A stretch of 61,993 nt of DNA from an uncultured Candidatus Poseidoniales archaeon (GTDB taxonomy: Archaea; Thermoplasmatota; Poseidoniia; Poseidoniales; Thalassarchaeaceae): positions 1-61,993 of the forward strand of contig CACAAP010000004.1 of assembly GCA_902530535.1 (NCBI GenBank). Reading direction: 5' to 3'. The translations under genes and the position numbers were made by a program. Position 1 is the stretch's first letter. Each line of letters opens with the position of its first letter. This document shows positions 48,546 through 55,365 of this stretch, one piece after another. Below the pieces are notes generated by a model. The model was not told the origin of the DNA. It ran no database searches and saw only the letters and a list, made by a program, of their open reading frames with translations.

Positions 48546-49106
48546 TCAGATTCGACCCATGGAATCCTTCGGAAAACCCGTTCCCCTCCAAATTGAGTAG
48601 TTTACCATAGTATACCATTTAATCGAATACTCACCCGGAAAAGGTCTCCAGACCTCTCCTGATGGTGAACGACTACCTAGGTCGTCTTTACCCTCCATTC
48701 CCACGTTTACCTCTCCCATAATGCCGCATCCGCACTTTGAGCACATTGTTACTAGAACTAACAACGGATAGTTCCATCCCCAAACCGCATAATCGTAACC
48801 CGACTTGGTTATTTCCATTACCCTAATTGGTGCCCATTCTCCCAAGGTGGTTGGCACCCAATCGCCTTTTTCGCCCTCTTCTTTCTCCCACAATGCCAGT
48901 TGTATCTCGTCTTTTTTATATGGTTTGCAAGGATAGGAATCGTCACGATAATCGCAAGGATACCAGTCCTCTGGAAGTTCTCCCATTGGATACCAAGGGT
49001 TGATGACGTGGGGATCTGCCACTCCCTGGGCAGACCATCTGCCACCCTCTAGCCACACTCGTCCTTGTTCTTTGAAGCCGAGCTCTTCATGTAGGCGAAA
49101 TCCCAT
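48546..49106 (-). CDS. orphan Trp/Cys-rich protein with RNA polymerase subunit B (Rpb2) C-terminal-like motif order
   Basis: 186-aa ORF. GFRLHEELG, GVADPHVINPWYP, GEW...(31 aa)...CSKCG and C-terminal motifs are collinear with conserved RpoB/Rpb2 blocks. An AT-rich TATA-like sequence lies about 26-33 nt upstream. Confidence 0.5.
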   Translation of the reverse strand: MGFRLHEELGFKEQGRVWLEGGRWSAQGVADPHVINPWYPMGELPEDWYPCDYRDDSYPCKPYKKDEIQLALWEKEEGEKGDWVPTTLGEWAPIRVMEITKSGYDYAVWGWNYPLLVLVTMCSKCGCGIMGEVNVGMEGKDDLGSRSPSGEVWRPFPGEYSIKWYTMVNYSIWRGTGFPKDSMGRI

Positions 49107-49239
49107 AAAATAACTCTCAAATGAAATGATATTTAATTGAATTGTACTATTTCACCAAATCTGAGTCCTATACGAGTCAGAGGCTTGGCGTAGGCGTTGG
49201 TTGTACAGAGAAAAATGGTGAAGACTTCTCAAAGGGCCC

Positions 49240-49297
49240 CCCTATGAGTCGTGGGCGCTTCAAAGGGTACCCTCTGACCACTATACGACTCATAGGG
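49240..49297. promoter_or_regulatory. 13-bp perfect inverted repeat (CCCTATGAGTCGT / ACGACTCATAGGG) enclosing a 10-bp palindrome AGGGTACCCT
   Basis: Read directly. Lies in the 246-nt spacer between the two divergent cassette ORFs. Confidence 0.5.
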
Positions 49298-49352
49298 TTA
49301 TCAGAGGATTCAAATTGATCTAGTAAATCCACATTTGAAAGGAGACCAGAAT

Positions 49353-49982
49353 ATGGAACTATCTGACTTCGGACTAGACGAAAAGACGATGGAAGAGATA
49401 CTAACTATCAGCGTTCTTGAAATTAAAGGGAGAGGACAGTTTGAGCCGCTCAATGAAGATGGGACTCCTAAGCAGGGCTCATTATTGGATCCACGATTGG
49501 AGGAATCCTTCGGGCACATAGTCCTCGCACGTCCAGTAAAGCCCATTGATATGGTCCGATTGCAACTACCTGTCAAGCAAATAACAACCCTCCCAGTCCC
49601 CCCAATTTCAATCAGGAGGAATGCAGAAGGTGGAATGAAGCGCCATCATAAGTATGATGACGTAACTTGGGCCCTGATGAGCATCTCCTCGATGAATGCG
49701 AGACTGGGGGTGATGCAGGAAATACTCGCTAAGGATTTATCTGACGGTAGTGCTAGGGAAATTGCGGATATGATGGAAGAACTATTGGAATATTATATCT
49801 CAACTTATTTGGACAACCAATTAGGCGAATACTATCATTCAAAACGGGGTATAGTGAGGAAGTTTGCTCCCGGAGTGTACCAATACTGCTTTCCAGAAGA
49901 CTCATCTAGAAAATGGAATGGAATTTACAAATCTAGTAGAGTCAAGGAGCTCGAAGAACGCTTCAAGAATATGAACACTTGA
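49353..49982 (+). CDS. orphan protein resembling a miniaturised RNA polymerase subunit A'/Rpb1 N-terminus (clamp core plus clamp coiled-coil, no zinc sites, no active site)
   Basis: 209 aa from the ATG at 49353, with GGAG 9 nt upstream. Blocks DFGL..EEI..ISVLEI, GSLLDPRL, FGHIVLARPV, LPVPPISIR, YDDVTWAL..I..MNARL and LLEYYISTYLDNQLG occur in the same order as Rpb1/RpoA' conserved blocks. Confidence 0.55.
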   Translation: MELSDFGLDEKTMEEILTISVLEIKGRGQFEPLNEDGTPKQGSLLDPRLEESFGHIVLARPVKPIDMVRLQLPVKQITTLPVPPISIRRNAEGGMKRHHKYDDVTWALMSISSMNARLGVMQEILAKDLSDGSAREIADMMEELLEYYISTYLDNQLGEYYHSKRGIVRKFAPGVYQYCFPEDSSRKWNGIYKSSRVKELEERFKNMNT

Positions 49983-50010
49983 TGATCAACTCGTCATTTG
50001 GAGCCCCTAT

Positions 50011-50150
50011 CAGAACCCTCGGACCCCAGTAGCATTCAGAGGGACTAGGCAAGCACCCCTCTGAGCATAACCTACCCTCAATGGGTTGCTAGGGAGAACC
50101 CTCTGAACTCAATGCGAATCACAGATACCGTCTGACTGCGATACCGCTCA
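50011..50150. repeat. right inverted-repeat arm
   Basis: Reverse complement aligns with 48399-48538. Carries a conserved TCAGAGGG-N13-CCCTCTGA hairpin at 50036-50064. Confidence 0.8.
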
Positions 50151-50178
50151 TACGCTAGCGTGTGAGCGGTATCGCAGT
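50135..50178. repeat. 44-bp near-perfect palindrome (one mismatch) centred on CGCTAGCG
   Basis: ACTGCGATACCGCTCATACGCT|AGCGTGTGAGCGGTATCGCAGT. Only one half (48392-48413) is present at the left end of the unit. Confidence 0.75.
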
Positions 50179-50189
50179 AGTTATGGGCA

Positions 50190-50570
50190 CTAAATAAACA
50201 AAAAGGAGATGTTTAAAATCAGTATTACCAAGGTAGAAGTGACGCTTATTCTGTGAAGAATAGAGAACTTTTTTTGGTTACCCTCATCAGTTGCTCTATT
50301 TGTTGCAGGGATTATTAGGTAACAGATAACTGACAGAACGATGGTTGTTAGCCCGATGGAGTAATGCAGAAGATTCGCCTCGTCCTCAAGGGACAATGAT
50401 ACAGTTGAAAGCAAGCCAATCACAATCAATGCAAGAAAAAATTTAGGCCACAGATCTCTAATTGCTCTACCGAAATCGTCAATCTTCAGGTTTCTGAACA
50501 GGCTCGGCGCAACTATAGCAGTTTGCATCAGAATAAGTCCAACAGCCATGCCAGGAAAGTAATAGTGCAA
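50190..50570 (-). CDS. small 4-TM membrane protein (possibly DUF4149-like)
   Basis: 126-aa hydrophobic ORF. Low GC (20 G+C in nt 50221-50280 by hand count). Confidence 0.45.
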   Translation of the reverse strand: MHYYFPGMAVGLILMQTAIVAPSLFRNLKIDDFGRAIRDLWPKFFLALIVIGLLSTVSLSLEDEANLLHYSIGLTTIVLSVICYLIIPATNRATDEGNQKKFSILHRISVTSTLVILILNISFLFI

Positions 50571-50669
50571 AAGTGGCAGTCCCCCTTTTTTCGTAAAATA
50601 CCACCTGATTTATCATATATTGTATCGACTTTCCGTGAGGTTGATTGGGAATAACCGAATGTCGTTGAC

Positions 50670-52496
50670 ATGAGAAGTACAGGGCGTGCCCCCTTGCTAT
50701 CCTTGCTAGTGACATTTCTCATGCTTTTGTCCTCCTTGACAGGCTGTATTTCCGGAAATAAAGACCAAAATAGCCAAGGTAATTCTGAATCTAGTTACCC
50801 CTCAATATGGGACCGTCACAATCTCAATTGGGAAATGAATCATACGTTCTCTTATGTCTTGGAAAGAGGACCATATGCCCATTTAGAGGTTCGTGAAGCC
50901 TATATTGAGGTCGATACTAGCGAAATTTGGGAGATAGGTCCGGAGACCTCTGAGGTCCACTTATCGTATTGGCTTCCTAGCAACACATTGGAAGGGGATA
51001 CTGTACCCGTAATTGCCGTCATAAGTCCATATTTTTCCTACGGCCAACCTGGTAGCGAGTCCTCGGCTACAAACGTTGTGAGTTCTGGTCGTGGAGAGTT
51101 CATATTCGAGAACTTCGTTCCTCACGGATATGCCTTTGCACAAGTCAGCGTCTTCGGAACTGAGATGTCCTCTGGGTGTTTCGACTATCGGGGGGCGGGA
51201 GAAGGGCTTGGGATTCACGAAGCTGTCGAGTGGTTAGGGTCTCAGGAATGGAGCAATGGCAATGTTGGGTTGTACGGAAAGTCGTACGAAGGAGCGACAC
51301 AATGGGAAGCGGCCGCAATGGGAAGTGAGTACCTGAAGACTATTGTCCCTGTCTCAGGGACGACTGCTCTTCACCCGTTACTGTACAAAAACGGTAGCGC
51401 TGAAGCTAGGAGCCAAATTATGCACATGAACTATTTTTCAAGCACAGTCGATTACAATGAGGATGATCTGGACAATGTCTGTCCCGATATCTTGGAGGGT
51501 CTTTTTGCGGGTCCAGTGACCTACGTCGGAGGTGAGATGGACCCTTACATGCAGAACTACTACGAGGAAAGGAGCCACATAGACAAGGCCTTCCAAAACT
51601 GGAATGGTTCGATATACTGGGTCCAAGGGATGCAAGACTGGAACGTCGATCCTCATCAAGTGTTTAGTGGGCCTCCTGGAACGAACTGGTACACTGACTA
51701 TCTCGAAGCCGGTTTTGATGTGAGAGGAATGCTTGGTCAGTGGGGTCACGATTATCCCGACCAGTGGCAGAAGCACGAGAACTTGGAAGAAGGCTTCGGG
51801 GCCGAGGCATTCGTAAATATGACAAGGTGGGACTGGGCACAGGACCTTTTCGAGTGGTTCGAGTACTACCTCAAAGGTATTGGTGATGAGCCAGATTTAA
51901 TTGCGCAGATACAAAGAAATGATGGACAATGGAGAGTCGAAGAGGTTTGGCCACCTAGGGACGCAGAAGTCTACAAAATTCCTTTGGGGTCATGCAGCAG
52001 CAGTGGGGTGTTTGTCGGAGGAGCGCCTATTGTTGGTGGAGCAGTCCCTGGTATCGGTGGCGACCAGTCAATCATAGTTGAGTGTCCAGACATAAATCTC
52101 GACTTCGACATGCACATCTCTGGACTGGCAACAGTGCACCTTTCAGCGGTTCCTACATTTGACGGAGGGCAGGTATTCATTCTGATGGAAGATATGATGA
52201 CCGGGGCTCGGATCGGCCACGCTACCATGGATGTTAGGTACCATGAGGGTGGTTCAGAGCCTCAAACGGTGACTCCTGGACAAGAGGTTACAATGATGAT
52301 GGAGTTCCAGGCAATAGACGCACTGGTACCAGCCGGTCACGGAGTTAGGCTAGTCATGACCGATACTGGAATGGACTACCTAGCTCCGGCATGTGGTAAC
52401 GCTTGTGTCTTGCACGTTCTTCCCAGCCTGTCAGAAATGGGGTTACCTCTAATCCAGAGAAATGACACAACGGTCCTTACCGTACCTTTTGCCTAG
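50670..52496 (+). CDS. CocE/NonD-family (S15, X-Pro dipeptidyl-peptidase-like) hydrolase, probable lipoprotein
   Basis: Lipobox-like LSSLTGC. GLYGKSYEGATQW nucleophile elbow. C-terminal beta-sandwich-length tail. Confidence 0.75.
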   Translation: MRSTGRAPLLSLLVTFLMLLSSLTGCISGNKDQNSQGNSESSYPSIWDRHNLNWEMNHTFSYVLERGPYAHLEVREAYIEVDTSEIWEIGPETSEVHLSYWLPSNTLEGDTVPVIAVISPYFSYGQPGSESSATNVVSSGRGEFIFENFVPHGYAFAQVSVFGTEMSSGCFDYRGAGEGLGIHEAVEWLGSQEWSNGNVGLYGKSYEGATQWEAAAMGSEYLKTIVPVSGTTALHPLLYKNGSAEARSQIMHMNYFSSTVDYNEDDLDNVCPDILEGLFAGPVTYVGGEMDPYMQNYYEERSHIDKAFQNWNGSIYWVQGMQDWNVDPHQVFSGPPGTNWYTDYLEAGFDVRGMLGQWGHDYPDQWQKHENLEEGFGAEAFVNMTRWDWAQDLFEWFEYYLKGIGDEPDLIAQIQRNDGQWRVEEVWPPRDAEVYKIPLGSCSSSGVFVGGAPIVGGAVPGIGGDQSIIVECPDINLDFDMHISGLATVHLSAVPTFDGGQVFILMEDMMTGARIGHATMDVRYHEGGSEPQTVTPGQEVTMMMEFQAIDALVPAGHGVRLVMTDTGMDYLAPACGNACVLHVLPSLSEMGLPLIQRNDTTVLTVPFA

Positions 52497-52513
52497 TCTT
52501 TCGTGCTTGGTCT

Positions 52514-53347
52514 CTAATTCGCTTTCTTTCGGGCCTCTTTGACGAGTTTTACAATCTCTTTTCTGGCTTCTTCTGACGTAGTCGCTTGTTTGACGAAGGC
52601 CAGTCTTATTGGTCGGGGGCCATCTTCAGTAATCGCAGACATCTCAAATCCGTACCTGTCGATTCCAGTCATTACTGCGTCAGAAGTGTCTGTCGCTTTA
52701 CTAAAACTGGTACAGCAGACAACCATGGCATCTCTGTGATCTTCGTTCATGTGCTCGATTATCCCTGTAGCGGATTCCGAAAGAGGGTCTGGCTCAGCAC
52801 TCTTCCAATCCTGTCCCTCTATCCATGACATCCTTCCGAAACCGCCTATATATCGGGCGGATTGAACCCGTAGCTTGTAGAAATAGAAGTCCTTGAAATC
52901 TGCGTAAAAAGTGGCATCTGGATGAGCCTCTATGAACACGTTCCTCGCCGAATCTCTTTCGGTTTCCGCCATCTTCTCGCATTTTCCAATCAGCGTCGTC
53001 CTTCCAAGTGCCAGAGGATTTCCCTCCCCTGCTTCTGCTATCAGCAATGATGACTCCGGTGAGCCCTGCAGATTCTTAGTGTGCTCAGCCAGTGCGCTGA
53101 TCAAGAAAATCGGCTCGTCCTCGTGAAGGGCGAATGTCACAAAGGACCCGTATGGATAACCAGCGGGATCGGTCGAAAGTGTACAAAGTGTCCCAGTTCC
53201 TATTCTGCTCACCATTGTCCTAGCGTGTTCGGAGTGACTGGGAGTTGGTATATTCGAGTCATAGAGTAGTTCTTGTCTGCTGGTATCCGATCCCTTTGGT
53301 GGAAGGTGCCGGGGTATGTCATCCTGGTTTTCTTTTTGTTCTGTCAT
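52514..53347 (-). CDS. HugZ-like haem utilisation/haem oxygenase-like protein (pyridoxamine 5'-phosphate oxidase-like split barrel plus DUF2470)
   Basis: GTLCTLSTDPAGYPYGSFVTFAL...PIFLISALAEHTKNL split-barrel block. C-terminal IIEHMNEDHRDAM DUF2470-like block. Confidence 0.7.
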   Translation of the reverse strand: MTEQKENQDDIPRHLPPKGSDTSRQELLYDSNIPTPSHSEHARTMVSRIGTGTLCTLSTDPAGYPYGSFVTFALHEDEPIFLISALAEHTKNLQGSPESSLLIAEAGEGNPLALGRTTLIGKCEKMAETERDSARNVFIEAHPDATFYADFKDFYFYKLRVQSARYIGGFGRMSWIEGQDWKSAEPDPLSESATGIIEHMNEDHRDAMVVCCTSFSKATDTSDAVMTGIDRYGFEMSAITEDGPRPIRLAFVKQATTSEEARKEIVKLVKEARKKAN

Positions 53348-53481
53348 TATATCACTCCTCGATCCATCCCTGAGACGGTTATCCGAGGCTTTGGTTAATT
53401 ATTCTATTACCCCTGGTTGAAGATGGTTTGCACATAGCTTCATTTCGGTTCATTATCGATTTTTCTTTCTCGTTCATTTTC

Positions 53482-54321
53482 TCAGTCTCCTTGTTTTATT
53501 CGTTCTCCGATTACTATATTCATGGGAGAGTTTGATGAGGATAGTGCGATCTCAGATTCGACTCCGAATACAGTGGCAATGTTACTTTGTGTGATAACCT
53601 CCGAAGGAGTTCCATCCGCAAATATTCTACCCTCATGTAGGAGGATCACCCTGTCTGAGAATCTCGCCGCTGTGTTGATGTCATGTATCGCGAAAATAGC
53701 TGATTTCGGACTACCACTGTTTCTTATGATGTCGGTAACTGATTCCATAATCAGCAATTGATGCTGTAGGTCTAAGTCACTTGTGGGCTCGTCTAGGAGA
53801 TAGACTCGAGGATTTTGAACCACTGCCTTTGCTATAACGACCCTCTGCCTTTCGCCTCCAGAAAGCCTGTCGAACCTTCTGAACGCGAGGTCTTCAAGTC
53901 CGAATTTCCTCAGCGTTTCGCTGACGGCTTGTAGGTCTTCGGATGAGGTCCTCCAAGATATGTGAGGCCTCCTGCCCAGCAGGAGGACGTCGAAAACGTC
54001 CATAGAGAAGTTTGTCCTAACGGACTGGGGCACGTAAGACACTGATTTCGATAATTCGATAAGGCTCTGTCTAGATATGTCCTTTGAACAGATCTCAATC
54101 TTTCCATTTTGGGGGCTCTGGACTCGGTTCAGGCATTTTATCAATGTCGTCTTTCCAGCACCGTTCTTTCCTAGGATTGCAACAATTTGACCACTGAAGA
54201 TTGTGAAACTAATGCCGTCCAAGACCGTTTTATCACCCCAACAAAACTTCAGCTCTTTCACCCTTACAAGCTCGTGGTCAGGCCTCTCGGAGAGAGCCTT
54301 TTCCGAATTTGAGTTATTCAC
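53482..54321 (-). CDS. iron-complex/haem/cobalamin-type ABC transporter ATP-binding protein (FepC/HmuV-like)
   Basis: GKNGAGKTTL Walker A, LSGGERQRVVIAKAV signature and YLLDEPTSDLD Walker B. Confidence 0.9.
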   Translation of the reverse strand: MNNSNSEKALSERPDHELVRVKELKFCWGDKTVLDGISFTIFSGQIVAILGKNGAGKTTLIKCLNRVQSPQNGKIEICSKDISRQSLIELSKSVSYVPQSVRTNFSMDVFDVLLLGRRPHISWRTSSEDLQAVSETLRKFGLEDLAFRRFDRLSGGERQRVVIAKAVVQNPRVYLLDEPTSDLDLQHQLLIMESVTDIIRNSGSPKSAIFAIHDINTAARFSDRVILLHEGRIFADGTPSEVITQSNIATVFGVESEIALSSSNSPMNIVIGERIKQGD

Positions 54322-55355
54322 ATTACCCCTCCCCTATGTCTCATCAGAAGATACATGAAAACTGGTCCGCCGATAATTGAGAGCATGATACCGACAGGGA
54401 TTACGACAGGGGCAAAAAGAGTCCTCCCAACTGTATCAGCAAACAGCATCAAAAGTGAACCTGATACAGCAGAGCATGGTATCAGCTTCCTGTAGTCGTT
54501 TCCTATGATTAGCCTGCTCATATGGGGAGCAGCCAGGCCTACGAATCCGATAAGACCGGTAAATGAGATTACGACGGATGTGAGTAGTGCAGAGAGAATC
54601 AGAATGTTTCGTCTGGTGCTCTGGGGGTCGACACCGGTTGAAATTGCGAAATCGTCCCCACCTAGCGACATAGCGTTCAGGTCCCACGCGAAGATGAGTC
54701 CCATCGGGATTAGACATAGGACTATGGCACCAATCCAGATGGTATCCTCGAGAGTTGGTCTGGAAAGGCTTCCGAATGACCAGTGTGTCAGTTGTGAGAG
54801 CTGTGCATCAGTTGCGAAGTATGTTAGTGTGGAAACTATTGCTCCAGAAATGAAGGTTATAGCTATTCCAACCAGTATGTAGGACTCGGCCGAGACGGAA
54901 CGCATGCTACCCAGCTGGATGATGATCGCGACGACTAGAAGAGAGAAAGCGAAGGCGTTTGCGACTATGGCGGCTTTCGGGAAAACAGAGAAGCCCAGGA
55001 TTATCGCGAATGCTGCGCCTAGCGCGGCTCCTGATGCGACGCCTAGAGTTAGTGGAGAGACCAAAGGATTGCCGAGGCACCCCTGCATTAGTGCTCCTGC
55101 AGTTGCCAGTGCTGTACCGGCAATTATGGCCATTAGCACCCTGGGCAACCTCAGCCTCCATATTATGTCAGACTGGAGCTCAGAAGGCGTTTGAATACCG
55201 AACATAATCTTCATTGATGTTTTCATATCTAGTGTTTCTGAAGATCCAGTTCCCATGGAGAAGACGGCGAAAAAGAGCGTCACCAAACAAAGAGATCCGA
55301 CCATCACTAATTGACGGGTTGTCTTTTCCTGATGTTCTTTGGTGATCTCATCCAT
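54318..55355 (-). CDS. FecCD-family ABC permease (HmuU/BtuC-like)
   Basis: WRLRLPRVLMAIIAGTALATAGALMQ and GLIGFVGLAAPHMSRL motifs. Start taken at MDEITKEH to avoid overlap with the binding-protein gene. Confidence 0.9.
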   Translation of the reverse strand: MDEITKEHQEKTTRQLVMVGSLCLVTLFFAVFSMGTGSSETLDMKTSMKIMFGIQTPSELQSDIIWRLRLPRVLMAIIAGTALATAGALMQGCLGNPLVSPLTLGVASGAALGAAFAIILGFSVFPKAAIVANAFAFSLLVVAIIIQLGSMRSVSAESYILVGIAITFISGAIVSTLTYFATDAQLSQLTHWSFGSLSRPTLEDTIWIGAIVLCLIPMGLIFAWDLNAMSLGGDDFAISTGVDPQSTRRNILILSALLTSVVISFTGLIGFVGLAAPHMSRLIIGNDYRKLIPCSAVSGSLLMLFADTVGRTLFAPVVIPVGIMLSIIGGPVFMYLLMRHRGGVM

Positions 55356-55365
55356 TTGCTTCCCT

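Larger units (their letters stand above)
48381..50178. mobile_element. candidate inverted-repeat-flanked two-gene cassette (no transposase seen; mobility unproven)
   Basis: About 140-nt inverted arms bracket two divergent orphan ORFs. Located in a low-GC patch next to hemH. Confidence 0.3.

Noticed and set aside
48546-49982. The two RNAP-like ORFs as a decaying duplicate of the rpoB-rpoA' operon junction
   Set aside because: In archaeal operons, the rpoB 3' end and the rpoA' 5' end are tandem on one strand. Here the ORFs are divergent. Each is an intact ORF with its own start signals, and the deletions remove whole modules cleanly. I therefore treat them as candidate functional mini-proteins, but pseudogene origin cannot be fully excluded without homologues.
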